From Chrysomallon squamiferum (lineage: Eukaryota > Animalia > Mollusca): a stretch of DNA of 64,000 nt. The number at the start of each line of letters is the position of its first letter. Position 1 is the first letter of the stretch. The notes under the pieces were generated by a model, which saw nothing but the letters and a program-made list of their open reading frames with translations, ran no database searches and was not told the DNA's origin. Shown here piece after piece: positions 26,380 to 59,602 of this stretch. Where the stretch lies: the NCBI GenBank assembly GCA_012295275.1, contig CM022676.1:5146001-5210000 (forward strand), given 5' to 3'. Both the position numbers and the translations under genes were made by a program.

Positions 26380-27360
26380 ACACAAACCAAACAAGATAGA
26401 CATATACAAGCAAATCAGTGATCTTTAGAAGGAGCATCATACATTTTATAAAATATAATTAAAAAGTATTCATATTTGAATGGGAAACACAGATAAGCAA
26501 TATCGGTCCTTGTTATCATGGGCATCATAATTTGGACTAAAATCCTGAATAATATAATTCAAAAGCATCCACATATGTAGGAGATATACAAACAAACATG
26601 CTAGGTGCTTATAAGTGTCCAACATCATGGGCATCACAACATTTTAAATATGAAAGTGGAATTGAAAGAAATTTACATTTAAAGGGTATATTCAAAAAAA
26701 CAAACTGGGTCCTTGTTAGATGCCAACATTTTGGGTATCATAACATTTCTAACTAAACTCCAATAAAACAGAATTTAAAAGCCATTCATGGTTCCACAGG
26801 ACATTCAAGCAAATAAACTAAGTCATTGTAAGTGGCCAATATCGTGGACAACACAGCATTTTAAACCACAACAAATGTATTTAATGAATTCACACAAAGA
26901 AGGGACATACAGACATGCTAACTAGATCCTCGTCAGATCCCATCAAACTTTGGCATCTTGTTAACAAGATGTCAGAATCAGCAGGAAAAATCAGGTTTTA
27001 AACAGAATTTAAAGGCACATTTAAGAGAACATTTCAAAAAGTGAAAATAATTATCATTTGATGCCAACATCTTGGGTATATCGATATTAATAAGTTTTAA
27101 GTACTCTTCAATCAATCTGTGTGAATTTATAACATACAAACATAGGAATACTAGGTCTCTCTCCCTACAAGTGGAAATCATAGGGAAAATTATAAAATTT
27201 TATTTAAAAAAGTCATTTTAAACAGAATATAAAAAATATTAACACATTCATTGGGCATACAAATAAGAAATGAGCTGCTTAATTCGATGTCAAAGTAGAG
27301 AAGTGGGGGATGGAAATCACAGATTTGGAACAAACTCCAACAAAACAGAATTTGAATTTT
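26380..27360. repeat. Old, degenerate ~110-bp tandem array
   Basis: Recurring pieces GGTCCTTGTTA, CCAACATC.TGGG.ATCA.AACATTT, AAACTCCAA.AAAACAGAATTT and CATA.ACAA.CAAA. Confidence 0.6.
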
Positions 27361-28446
27361 TTTTTACAGGGGACATGCAATCCAAGAGTTTACTTAGGAA
27401 ATGAAAATTCACATTGTAGCAAAGTATGCACAAAGTTTATAAAAATATTTATTTTAATATATATCACAATATAATGTAATAATTAATGTGCCATAGAATG
27501 ATGCATAAATGTATCTTTTATAATACAAAATGTTGGCCAGTAAAATATATATTTATCTTCTTACACCCAAAATGCTGTGAAATAACACATGCACATGACA
27601 CATGCATGCATGCATGTGTGAACACACACACACACACACATTATGACAATAAGTAATACTTTTTTTTTAAAATTATTCTATCACTGTAAATGCCATCAGA
27701 TAATAAACATATATTTCTATACTATCAAAGAAAACATTTATTTATCATTCAAAATCCATCTATAAAATACTTGTATTATTATACACCAGTCCAAAAAAAA
27801 CTGTCACAGTATGAAATGAGCTCTGTCTGAATATGCACATGTCTAAATAACATTTCTTTTTATGAACCAGCATAATTACAAAGTCCCAGAAATGGATAAA
27901 AAAAAAAATAATAATAATTAAAAAAATAATTTTATTCTAACAGAGTTTTAATTAATATACTTGATGAAAAAGCCCCCCACACACTCAAACCTCTCCACAC
28001 ACATAACTCTCAACTTAAATATAATAAAACATATCAAAACTAAACTTCATCATTATAGTTTGAATTATTTGATATTAGTCCACAGATACAGATAGAAATA
28101 CACTCATTTATACATACATACATACATACATAAATATGAGTGATTAAAAAAAGACAAAAGAAATTTGACATAAATGCAGATTTGCTTAAGGGCACTTCAC
28201 ATTTTAGCTAATATTTTAATGCCAAATACATTTTTTTTTCTACCTTAAAAAACAATTATAAAGGATTTAGTTTTAATACATTTACCTCTGAATCCATAAC
28301 ACATATAAAATAAATAAATAAGTAAATAAATAACAAATTAATTAATTAATAAACACTTATAAATAACGTGCTTTCAATCTGCTTTCATTGTGTGATCTTT
28401 CGATCTGGGTTTCTGATTTGTTGGTCTAGTCACATGACTTAACAGC

Positions 28447-46817
<18,371 letters not shown>

Positions 46818-47210
46818 TGTTTTTTTTTTTTTTTTTTTTTTTATCAAGAAACTCTTCAGATTGCCTTACCCTTTACATCACTGAATGCAGTTCAGACAAG
46901 TAATTCCTTCAAAAAAATATAAAGAAATTTAACAACAATTGTTGGAGGGCATTAAAATTAAATGTTCTAATGACTTCAGCGTGTACCTGTGTTTTGTTTA
47001 TGATTTTGGGGAATAAAGATATTAAAGTAAATCTGATTAAATATTAGTTCCAGTAGAAGTAGCAGTCATAAACACAGATGTTGTAGTAGCAGCCTCAACA
47101 GTAAATATGAGGTAATGAAAGAAATGAAAATTAATTAAATAATAATGATATTAACTGATTACTATTTTTCCATTATTAATTTTGATTAATTGATTAATTA
47201 ATTAATTTAC

Positions 47211-47317
<107 letters not shown>

Positions 47318-47448
47318 GGCACTAAGCTATTATCTTTCATATTAAAATGTTTAAGTTAATATTTCAATTTAACCGACAGCTTATACGAATTTTTCAATTT
47401 TTAAAAGTGCACCTGTACTAGTATTCTAGTGTTAACGGAATTTTTTCT

Positions 47449-47462
47449 GCTTCCATGGTAAT
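47449..47462 (-). promoter_or_regulatory. X-box-like site in the DNAAF8/ANKS3 divergent intergenic region
   Basis: ATTACCATGGAAGC on the minus strand (2 mismatches to GTTACCATGGAAAC), in the 1.87-kb interval between the two start codons. Confidence 0.4.
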
Positions 47463-48688
47463 TATGTCAACTACATTAGATCCTAACGTACATGCATCTC
47501 AACAATATTATAATACCATTGACAGTTATACAATAACGTATACAAGACAAAAATATAATAGGTTTTGTTACCTCTTTCAAATTATTTTGTTTTCAAACTG
47601 TAAAACAGTAATGTGGACACAAAATTTATTCAGCGATAGTTAGCCAAGACTCCATTTTATCCAATTCGACAAATCAGAATTATTCGGAAGCCGTATATCA
47701 ACAATACTGTTATCTAAAGGCATAATGATATTTATTATCGACTTCTGGAAATTTTATCTTAATTACCGATACTGTAGGTTTTTTTTACACAAGTTTATAT
47801 CACTTATATTTAATAGAAATCTAGTATTTGATACTGTGATCATAAAAGTACATTTAAAAAAAAAATTACGTAGAAAGGTACGTTTACAATAAAAATATAT
47901 GTTATTAATATTATATGTAACATTTTTCTTTGTGGAAAGACTTTTATTAGCTAAACCCATTTACTCTTTAAAATGTTTAAAATGCAGAATAAAAAATGTA
48001 TCTAAAACCATTAATGAATAAATCGTCAAAATTAAATATGTTCTTTAATTGTAATTTAGAATATATTATGAGTATTGAATTCTCGCAAGTGCGCGTGAAA
48101 TAATGAGAATCTAATACACCGATCATTTGATAATTGATCCCCTTTAGGAATATACAAACGGAATAGTAAATATGTTACTAGAATCAGTTAATTTCTTTGC
48201 AGACGTCAATTCAGAAGTGATCATTAATTTTATGTTTTTATTATAACAACGAAATATGTGAAGAAGTTTGTTACTTATTTTGTAAGTTTTAAGATAAACA
48301 AAATTTGTTTTCATCTGTAATGTGCTGACTATGAATTTTGGTATGGATATGTTAATTTACACATAACACTGACTCTTGCTCTTCGAACTGAAGACACTGA
48401 CAGTGAATTCTGTTATATCTTGCCTCTTTAATACTGTAGTAAATATTACTCTAATTTTATTTTAATTTCTTGAAAAATACTAAGTATAATTAAATTCAAA
48501 ACCTATTAATTTATTATTAGTTCTGACGGTGTAATCAGTGAAGATTTAAAATTGAGCGTAAAAAAATAAAAGAAACAACTTTTCAAAAAAGTAAATGACA
48601 AAATTAAATGAATATATATATATATATATATAATAAAAATAAAAATAATAATTACAGTACACTACATATATTTTCTTTGCAGTAAATA

Positions 48689-51600
48689 ATGGCAAATGAA
48701 CTAGCAGACAACTATGAAGCATCAGATGAGGCATCAGAAAATGAATTACTTGACAAAAGCCTTTCAGTGTGGAAGGGCTGTGAAATGGCTGGCGATGATT
48801 TTGAACCTGTACAGCATGATATTCACACAGCTTGCAGCATAGGACATTTTGATTATGTCCGTTCACTCATTTCCAAGTTTGTAAATTTTATTTATTGACA
48901 AAATAATTATATAAACTAAGTATGCATGGCTGTGATACATTAGACTTTTAATGACAATAAATATACTTTATAAAATGTTAGAAAAATATTACTTTTGACC
49001 ATGATTTCAAAATGTTGTAGAAAAGTGAAGACGACTGTTATTAAATTTGATATTTATTTTATTAAATATAGAACATTGAATTTTGTATCAAATTATCATC
49101 ATTATTATTATTTCAGATGAAGTAAACAAATGTTGATATTACAGAGTTTTTCTTAATTGTATTATTGCTTTCAGAGGTGACCTGGACAGGAAAAATAGAG
49201 GAACATGGACACCTTTAATGTATGCTTGTTACATTGGCCATGACAACATTGTAAACTTATTAACAGAAGCTGGCTGTAGTGTAAATGTTAAGAACTATAG
49301 AGGACAAACTCCATTAATGTTAGCTGCCAGCTGTGGCAATGAAACAGTTGGGAAAATGTTGGTTGGGGTAACTGTCTTAGCTTTTTTTTACTTTTATTTT
49401 TCTTATTAAATGAAAAAAAAAATCATTTTTGGTGTTAAGTTTTTATTTTTATTTTTATTTTTTTGCTTAATTTAGATAATATCATATTGTAAAAAGCAAA
49501 ATGCACCTATTTGATTATTGTTATGGCAGCTAATTAATTTTATTTTTAGATCTTAAGGAGAAATTACTGTATGCCATTGCTCATAAAATTACACTAAACT
49601 GAGAATTACACATTATAAACGAAATTATTTTTAAAATTCTATTTATAATGTCAGTTAGAAATTTTAATTGATACTTGTAGTTTTAAAAAATAGTATATGA
49701 AAATAAATTTCCTTGTAATCACCTGAGGTTACTACCACATTTAATTATATATAAATTTATTATTTTATTCTTATTTTGTTTGATACTTCAGTTTGTTAGT
49801 AGTTTGAACTGAATAAATAAAAAAAATGAAAAAAACATTTTAGAAACAATGTGTTCAGAGATTATTTATTTATAACAGGCTGGAGCTCAGCTTGAATCCC
49901 AGGATAAGAAAGGATGGACAGCATTATTTCATGCAACATATGCTGGACACCAGAATTTTGTCCGTTTTCTTCTTTACAACAGAGCAGACATGAATGCTGT
50001 GTGAGTAGAAAATATATTTTAAAAGGAATATTCAAAGATATTTTCAGAATTTTTGTATGTGTATATTTTAAACAGGTAATGTTTTTAGATGAATTTTGAA
50101 AACAATTTATTTTATAAAACTTGTTGGATTGGTATTTTTTTAATTTGTAATAAGCTGTGTTAATATATATCTAATGTTCACAATGGTCTGTCTAGAAGAT
50201 TTTGGTTGGGTTATGTTTAATTTTTTTTAGATTAAAATATTGTTTTAACAAAATATATTTTAAAAAGAATATAAGATAATATACTGAAGATTGGAAAAGA
50301 TTTGTTTATTTACCTTTCAGTGAACCACATACAAGAAGGACTCCATTCATGGAGGCTGCAGCGGAAGGTCATGAAATTATTGTGCAACTTTTTCTGCAAC
50401 ATGTATGTTCACTAATTATTTATTTTTATTATATAAAATATATTTCAGGTTAAAACATTGTGTTGATTTAATTATTCTTTAAAATTGATTGTGATATATA
50501 TTTTAACATTTCTTGTATGTATATAAAGTGAGTAATGTTATAATAATAAGAATGTTTATTACGTAATATATCTTTGAAACCTAAATTTCTTTGTATTGAC
50601 TTCCTTTCATTAACAAAAAAATTAGGAAAAATGTAACTCAGTAAAAATAATATTGCTAACAAAATATGGCTATTCCATTCATCCTCATAGTCAAATTATT
50701 TTATACTTTATTATTAGCATTGATTAACACCATCTTAATAAAACAATGCAAAATACATTTATACTGTTTTTGAGGTAAACATTAATATTCATTGGTTACT
50801 GTTTGAAAAAAAAGAGTAAATATTTATATAAAGTTTTTTTTTAATTTAATCTGGCAGGGTGTTGATGTCAATACACGAGATGTAAATGGTGATGTTGCAC
50901 GGTCGTTAGCTTTAATGAATGGTCACATGAAAGTTGTTAGTCTGATCGATAATCATATTTTGCCCATCTCATCTCTTAGATCAGAACCAGGTAACAACAG
51001 TTTTTGAGATATTCAAAATAAGTTCATACAATATCTTTTTATTTTAAAAAATTCATATTGACAAAATTCATAAATTATACCTTTAAAAAGAGTTTTTATT
51101 TCGTTAGAAGTCTTATTGTTGATCTTATATATATATATATAAAAAATTGATCAAGTATTTTTATTATTGTCTTAACAAGAACTATGTTGTTTGAATTTTT
51201 GTTTATGTAATGTTTATTAAAGATAATGTACATTAATTTTACTGCATATTAGGATTAGATGATGACTATAGTTCATCAGATGAAGCTTATCAACAACCAA
51301 AATCTCACCATTTATCAAGACATACAAAAAGTAGATCAAAAGGTATATTTTTTTATTTTAAAAAGTAGATATGCCATAAGGCAGCAGTTTTGTATGTTAA
51401 ATAACGGCTGATAACAGATATGCCATTTAAAACTATGTTTTGTTTGCTAGCTTCTTTTTTATCCAGTATGACATCAACATTATTCTAATTAATTATTATC
51501 ATATTCTTGTTATAATTTACCTTTCTAAAGTTACAGCTTCAGAAGAAAACTAACATAATGTGAATTATTAACATAAACTTGAAGATACATTTTAATCTTG

Positions 51601-54600
51601 TTTTTTTTATATGATTTACAACTTTAATAGATTATAAGCTGAATAATACTAACACTTGTTAACAAAATGTTTTTTAGAAATTAATATTTTATAATTTAAG
51701 ATATACTGAGGAAAATGTTATAACAAGAAAGTTAATTTCCAAACAGCATAATGAAGTACACAGAAAAAAAAAAATAATAATAATGAGAATATTTGTATAA
51801 TTAATGTGAAACCTTTTAACATGTTCATTACAAGACAAACAAAAGAACAGTGTTTATCTTGTTTATGAAAGGTCATTATTACTCTGTATTTAGGTCCAAG
51901 TATTCGTGATGGCCCAGAAGCTATTGCTCGACTCATTGATCGATCACATCACGCTGATCTTGGTGGCATACATAGTTTACATACTGCTGATTATCAAAGT
52001 AAGCTATTTCTCTCATATGCTGAGCACAGATGAGTTTTGATTGTGTTAACTGAAAATTTTACTGCTGTAATTGAGTAATATAGATTATAATAATAATAAT
52101 CATTAATTTTTTAGAATTGCATTTCATATAATATAAATAAATACTACTGAAATTATAATACTGATCAAAGTAATTGAAGATATCTTGTCCTCAGTAACAG
52201 TTGGAAACTGATAAAGAGTATATTTTAAAACAAAAATGGACAGAGGGCATCTTTGAAAAGAGCTTTTGATTGTTGTTTAATATAAATTAGAAGAAAAAAT
52301 TCTAAGATTTAAAAATACTATTCCATTTAAAGTGATTATATTCAAACAAATGACAATTATGTTAATTAAATTAATATATTATATTTAAAAGATACATGTG
52401 TGCCAAAGGGATATGTAACCTTTCCACAGATTGGGCAAGGAGATGAGACACTGCTATCACACAGAGATGTTACCTCACCTATTAACCCTCAGGACTACAC
52501 TCTAGATAGTTCAGGGGACAAAGGTAAAATATGATAAGAGTAAACATATTAAAATGTACTTTTCAGAAATTAATAAATTAATTTATTTAGAATACGTTAT
52601 TTCTAAAGTAAATTAGAAGTAGAAGAGGAATTTATTTATATTAATGGCAGTTTGATTAAATGTTGTGTAAGATGTCAGAAAAATGTTAGACTAGTGGCGT
52701 CATTATTTTCAGAACCAGCACTGTGCAGTGCATGTGTGTGTGTGTTGTGTAGATATGTAAATATTTATTTATTTACATATTGCTGTTCTTATTCATCTTT
52801 CTATTAAATTACAATGATTACAGATTCCTGTCACTATGATGATGATAGCAATGCTTTCTCAAAGACTGGAGCAATTACAATTAAAAGTAGTTCTAGTTCA
52901 AGTGGTGGTCTCGTTGCTGCACTTGGTCTCAGTAGAGATGGCAGCATTGACAGTGACGACCAGAATGAAACTAACAAGTCAAAACAAGCTTCTAAGTCAA
53001 ATAACAGCAAGACTAAAGAAAAGTCTGATGACATTAAGGACAGTTTTTCAGCTGAATGTGCAACCCAAATTGCTAACATTAGCATTTCGGGTGAGGTATC
53101 GCCTGATGACATTAAACAAAACATTGAAAATTGGATTGAAGGATCTCAGAGACCACAGGAAAACAAAGAAGAAAAAGAAACTAACGGTGATAAAGACAGT
53201 GGATTTGACAAAGATTCTCAAACTGACAAAAGTTCAGAAATTGACTGGGAAGGCAATCACATGCCTCCTTCAAATGTATTTAACAGTGTTCGTGATGCAG
53301 GGATTTGTTTAGTTAAGCATGTTGATGATGAGCTGGACTTAGAATGTGCTCGACTGAATAGTAAAGCTCAGAGAGGAACAACACTTTCTATGAAGGATTA
53401 TTACCTTGCTCCACAGCCACCAGATACTCCAGCTGGAGCATGGAGGCCTGTACTTTCAGAACAACCCAGTTCACAATAGTAAGTCTTTATAGAAGTATTT
53501 CTTCAGAAATAGATTCTAATTAGTTTATAGACAGAATAAATGTTTTTATTTGTTTTTATTTTTTCAGAGTCATAACTGATTATTTATTGTGCATCTGATT
53601 AAAATCTTAGTTTACATATTTTTCTGTAATGTGTAATTGGTAACAATCAACATTGTTAATGAATTTTTTTTTAATTAATAATATTAGATTATTTGCCCAT
53701 AACTGTTCAACTGCTTAGATAATAAATGATTCTTTCATTGCATTTTTTGGAAAAATAAATGGAACTGTATATAAAATTTACAGAAATGAATGCTGTTTGT
53801 GTTTTCCATCATGAATCATAGTATCAAAACCTGATGTAGTATTCTTATTTATTTTTTATTTAAAATTTTATGCACAGTGCAAACATTTTATCTGGGGTTT
53901 ATTTAGATACTTTGATGTCGACAGAACAGTCTAATTGAAATGTTATAAATGCATTTGCATTGTGCCTAGTGAAATATTTTTTACTTCTTCTGTCAGTGTT
54001 TAACAAAGAGGATTCATGTTTCAGTGCACCACAAGACTTGGTCACACTTCTGCAAACACTTGGTCTTAACAAATACTTACCTGTATTTGAAGAACAAGAT
54101 GTTGATCTTCAGGTTTTTCTTTCACTCACTGACAATGATCTTAAAGAAATCGGAATTAAGTGAGTAGTTATTCATGATATATATTTAAATTTTAGATTAA
54201 AACAACAAAATATACATAATGTAAACAAAAGCCAATGAATCATATTTAATAAAGTAATGTGTTAACATATTAATTAATTTCCAGTGTTCCAACTGGATAA
54301 AAACATTTTGATCAAAGAACTAAATAAAATATGTCCATGTAAAAACCTGCTATTCATCATGTATAGATAATTTTGTACGTTATTTACTTTTTCAGGCTGT
54401 TTGGCCCAAGAAAGAAAATGACCAATGCTATTGCTCGATGGCATAGCAATGCACCTCTCTCTTCAAGCTCTTTGGAACAGTCATATGCTGACCGCCTTGA
54501 AGGAGAAATGCAGGAAATGGCAATTCAACTTAATCAGGTACTATAATTCTTTGTTGAATTTCATTTTCTCTAAAGAGAACAATGTTATTAAATATTGTTT

Positions 54601-55665
54601 TTACCTAGAGCCACGTAATAGGAAGTGATGGATTTATATTCTTTGGATTATTATAATTTCAAAGCAGAAGTTTTCCTGTCTAGTAATATATTTCATTATA
54701 AAATTAGTACTTTCCTAGTATGGCACTTCAGAATAAAATGGAATTTCTTACCAGTAACCATTTACATTTATAATAATGACAAATACTTTTATTTTAATTA
54801 AAAGAGGCAAAGCATAATGTTTATTATTATTTATATAACTGAACTCAGTTAATGGAGTATTTAAATGTGCAGCTTACCTCAGTGTTTCACTGGAATATTT
54901 TCTGATACAAGTAGTTGTTATATTCTATGGTATGAAATGAATTTGTAAACACCAACAGTTTTGCCTGCTTAACTTCATTATATCATTATACAGGTAATAA
55001 AAGTTTGATAATATTGAGTTGTGTTTCATGATCTCTTGACAAATGCTTTTCTTTGATTTCTTAATTATTTTTGTGATATTCCAAAGGCCTATGCAGAACT
55101 TGACATATTGAAGGCCCAGGTTCTACAAGAACAGCAACTCCGTTCAGTCACTGAAGGCTGTCTCATGGAGCAACAGAGTAGGATTCATAATGTTGCCATG
55201 GATACGAAACAAAGATGTGAAGATATCAAAGAGATTTTTAAAAAGCTAAGGTATATACAGAGAAAAAAAATGTAATTTAATTAACTTTGATTTTTTCCTA
55301 ATTTTTGTTGTTGTTATTGTTCGTCATCAAAAGGTAAATATCTGAAGTGTCCACTGTGGCAGTTTAATTCAGTTTCTAATTTTTTTTTTTTTTACAGAAA
55401 TTATTGTGCAGAAATTAAAGAGAGATTTGGATGTGTTAAGGTACAGAATACTGAACAGGCCAGAAATGTGAAAATGGATGAACAACATTCACAGCAAACC
55501 AGTGATGCAAAGGCTGTATCCATGGAGATTCTTGTAAAACAAATGGAAGGCTACATAAAGAAAGGACAACAGATAGTTGCTGTGGTATCAATAAACAGTG
55601 AACAGTTGGTAGAAAAGAAGACTGATGCTGCAGATAAGGAATTTGTTCCATCATGTTATAGCTGA
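48689..55665 (+). CDS. ANKS3: Ankyrin repeat and SAM domain-containing protein 3, ~802 aa, 13 coding exons
   Basis: Exons 48689-48876, 49175-49367, 49879-50000, 50321-50402, 50858-50990, 51253-51342, 51894-51998, 52392-52523, 52824-53478, 54025-54159, 54396-54537, 55087-55250, 55398-55665, all phase-consistent. SDEASENELLDKSLSVW, WTPLMYACYIGHDNIV, GQTPLMLAASCGNE, GYVTF, RDVTSPIN, the SAM domain PQDLVTLL...KYLPVFEEQDVDLQVFLSLTDNDLKEIGIKLFGPRKKMTNAIARWH and YADRLEGEMQEMAIQL match recalled human ANKS3. Confidence 0.95.
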
Positions 55666-55742
55666 TGTTAATTTGTATTTATCATTTGTTGTTTTTCATT
55701 TTCCTGGTCATTATTTCACACAATCTGATCATATTATTTTCA

Positions 55743-55963
55743 TTAAAGTGTACCTGTGATATGCAAATGAATTTATCACAATTTATTTGTCCACAAAATG
55801 TATTTGTCCTTCACTATTTAACCTTTGAAGTAAATTATGTTTAACAAGAGAGTAAGTCTAAGAACACAAAGATAAGTGGCCATTTGATGTTATGTCTTAT
55901 GTAAAGAAAATAAAAAAGGATTTTGATGACAAACAAGGTAATTGCACCACAGATACACTTTAA
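55743..55963. mobile_element. ~220-bp MITE with TTAA ends (Kolobok/T2-MITE-like or piggyBac-like), probably in the ANKS3 3' UTR
   Basis: Left end cATTAAAGTGTACCTGTG (55741-55758) and right end CACAGATACACTTTAATg (55948-55965) are inverted repeats with 1 mismatch, and weaker subterminal complementarity follows. A related solo end CAGAGATACACTTTAA sits at ~37700-37715. Confidence 0.65.
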
Positions 55964-57889
55964 TGCCATGTACAGGAAATTATAAAGTAAAAAAATACTC
56001 ATAATAATCAAAACCAAATCTGCTGTAATTCTTAACATACTTAAAAAGCAGAGTATATTTTGTGTTCATTTTGATTGAGGTTCAAGGCAGTTTTTCTGTT
56101 CTTTAAAATACTAAAACAAAAAGCAATTGCAAAAATGTGGCATTCAGACTGGCTGTCATGTTGGAACAGATCAAATAAATTCTATACTTTGTTTTGGTAA
56201 TATTTAGACTACAGGTATCCTTTGATTTATGTGATTTAATTAGTCCAGTGATTTTACCACAAATATTGAAATTGCATTAATCAATGTAATAATTAATGGT
56301 AAAAATTATAACTGAATCATCATCGACTGAGATTTGATAAAATGACAATAATTTAATGTTAGTATAATTTCTTTCAAGAAATCCATCATCTGCAGTAAAA
56401 TCAGGACAAATATTTGTCATTTTTATATGAAAAGATGTTTTTAGAAACCAAGTGAATTTTGAGATCCAAAGACATTTATCAGCAAGAAACCCAAATTTTA
56501 CGCATTATAGCACATTTGTTAATCCTCGAAATTACTTTTAAAAAATCAAAAATAGTGTTTATTTTGTTAATGTTGGCAATGTTGGATATTAATTCTATTT
56601 TTATTTCTGAAGATTTTTGCCACAAGAATATTTGGTTAAATTTTCTAAGGATTTACAGAGGTATGTTTTCTGTAATTCTCAGCACTTCCACCAACCAGTT
56701 TATCAAATTTTACAGAAATGAATGCTTTTGTGTTTTCCATCATGAATCATAGTATCAAAACCTGATATAGTATTCTTATTTGCAATTTTCTCATACGGCA
56801 GTCACCACAATGGTTCTGTCATATATATCCATTAGAGTAACACTGCACAGCAATAAAATGCATATCATAGATAAGTGCCTGATGCACGAGATTCAATATA
56901 GCCTAATCATATATTATTGTCATGCTGTTGTTTTTGCCTCTTCTTTCTTTAATCTCCAAGCAATGTGCTTATTTTATCATGCCTTTTAACCTGTTCTTTC
57001 TTCATCTGGAGCAGGCAAATTTAGAATGTACATAATAATCAGTTGCTTCTATAGATCTCTAGTGCAAATCATGTCCCAATGTAACTTGGTTGTTTTCCTG
57101 TTTTTTACCATATCCCAAATAACATTATACCAAAGTCACCTAGTTTCACAGGCTTATAATAATAATAATAATAAAGTTTTTGTTTTTTTTTTTTAAATCA
57201 TTGAGATTGGGCCAGTGTTTTGCTGCATGATTTCCTCATTCAGAATTCTGTACTTTTGGCTTTATTTTCTGTAAAGTCTGTAGTTGAATGAAATTGGTAA
57301 ATTCATGATCTCTCATTTGTCATAATTATTATTCATCAAAGTTACAAAGTGTCCATTTACAGTTTCAATTGTTTAACAGTTATCTTTTAGGAAATAGACT
57401 TTCAAGGTTCTATGTTAAAATAGCACATTGATTAAAAATATTAACACTTGTTTCACTTGTTATGATCTGTAAGTAAATTTTCTTATTTTATTTATGGCTG
57501 TTGATGCATGTAGCCCAGGCAGTATACACAATCATAGCCTTGAATCTTCAGTGTAAATTTTTCTCTCGCACATATGGGCTCTTAAAACAATAAAATCATA
57601 GTGTATATAATCCAGTTTGAATATATTGTTTATTTCAATGGTAATAAACGTTTTATGTTGATTTCAACCTTTTTCATACTGCAACACCTTAATATGACCA
57701 ATGATCCCCTTTAAAAAAAAATTTGATTCAACAATTCAACTCAACAGCAACAATTAAACTGACAAAAATTTTGTCACTCTACAATCATTTATCATTTCAA
57801 ACATTCCAACTTTGTTTGCTTTCTATATTCTGGTGTTCCAGTTATCTCCTCAAAATCAGTGTTATGGTCTCTCTCTCAGTTTTTCTAGA

Positions 57890-59190
57890 TTCAGGAATAT
57901 AACTCTTTAACATCATTTAATATTTCACCAATCACAGTTGTTTTTTTTTCATTTTTTTCATTTAATAAACAGATATATTAATTAACATCCATATTTTCCA
58001 CCCATGCTTATCACTATATATGTATGTTACTGGTTTTTATCATGGAATTCACATTTTAATTTTATAAAAGTAATTGTTGTAACAAATCAATGGTAGCTTT
58101 TTGGGGTAAAAATTCTATGTGCAGAGCTAGAGTGCACCAACAGCAGTAATACAAAATGTAATATACATTTTTGTTCTATTTGATTTAAAAGTTCGAATAA
58201 TAATCAAAAGTATAAACAATATTCTGTCAAAACCAATAGGTCATATCAGTTTTATTTATTTTTATTTAGGTTCTTCTTGTTTTAGTGTCTTTCACAAAAT
58301 GACTCGGTTTATCTGTAATCATCAACTACAACATCTAGAAGAACTGATAATGCAGATCCCAACTTAGTGCACTTTGTAAATTTAAGTTTTTGGTTGAACA
58401 GAATTCACATAAAAATGCAAAATTAAACAAAAATTTAACAAACATAGTAAGTATTACAAAGTTGTATTAATAACAAATTAATTTCTCTGAAGATGACTAG
58501 ATGTTTTGCACATGCATAGCTGATGTAAACATTTTATACTGATATATGTGGGAGGGATTGCAACATTACTATTGGTATTCAAAACTCTGACAAAAGACAC
58601 TCTGCAAACAACATTTCCTTCATTAAATTAAAGAGTTAATTCAGGAATATATCTCTTTAACATCATCCAGTTCTTAACCATATCACAATTTTGTTTTCTA
58701 ATTTATTATTTCCATAAATTCTTATAAAACTTTGAATAATCTTGGAATTAACAAATTATAAAAGTGAAACAATATTCCTTTTGAAAAATATGTGCAGAAC
58801 CAGAGTGCACCAAATCATTGCAAGAACAGGAGTAATACAACATGCAGCATACATTTTTGTTCTATTTGATTTATAAGTTTGAATAATAATCAAAAGTGTA
58901 AACAATATTCCTTTAAAAATCAATTGGTCATATTGATGTTTATTTATTTATTTTTATTTTTGTTCTTCTTGTTTTAGTGTCTTTCACAAAATGTTTCATT
59001 TATCTGTAATCATCAACTACAACATCTAGAAGAACTGATAATGCAGATCCCAACTTAGTGCACTTTGTAAATTTAAGATTTTGGTTGAACAGAATTCACA
59101 TATAAATACAGATTTAAACAAAAATTTAACAAACATAGTATTACAAAGTTGTATTAATAACAAATTAATTTCTCTGAAGCTGACTAGGTG
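57890..59190. repeat. ~0.6-0.7 kb direct tandem duplication
   Basis: Long near-identical blocks, e.g. TTATCTGTAATCATCAACTACAACATCTAGAAGAACTGATAATGCAGATCCCAACTTAGTGCACTTTGTAAATTTAAG at ~58309 and ~59000, and ATTCAGGAATATA.CTCTTTAACATCAT at ~57890 and ~58639. Confidence 0.9.
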
Positions 59191-59566
59191 GACCACAAAG
59201 TCAGAATTCCTTGATTCATGCTGCATATGGGTCATTCCATTTGACACACACTTGTAGCCAAATAGCAATAAAATGACAGAAATTTGTCCTACTTGGTTTG
59301 TGAATCAGTGTTTTGTTAAAACTCCATCATAGTGAATTTATATGTTTGTCCAGTAGGTAGTATCACAAAGCAAATTTCTGCAACACACTGTTACTATTAC
59401 CACTGAGGTCCTTTTTTTTTTTTTTTATTCTCCATCAAAAGATTAGCTTCCTTGCATTCTCAAAATGTTTTCTCTTCATCTTGCTGATTTATAGCATCAT
59501 GAATCTCCCAAAACTATAAAAACAAAGTAGACAACTGAGGTGATTGGTCTTATGTCATGTATTAAA

Positions 59567-59602
<36 letters not shown>

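Noticed and set aside
53477-53479. Apparent premature TAG ending the ANKS3 ORF before the SAM domain
   Set aside because: The G belongs to the donor (TA|GTAAGT). Splicing to 54025 restores TAT (Tyr) and the frame.
56215-56223. GTATCCTTT, a perfect U12-type 5' splice site downstream of ANKS3
   Set aside because: No convincing U12 branch point and acceptor pair, it lies outside the CDS, and about one chance hit is expected in a window this size.
56900-57420. Possible decayed retrotransposon coding remnant (also ~59990-60330)
   Set aside because: Complex sequence, but I could read no RT, endonuclease or transposase motif in the frames I tried; blastx would be needed.
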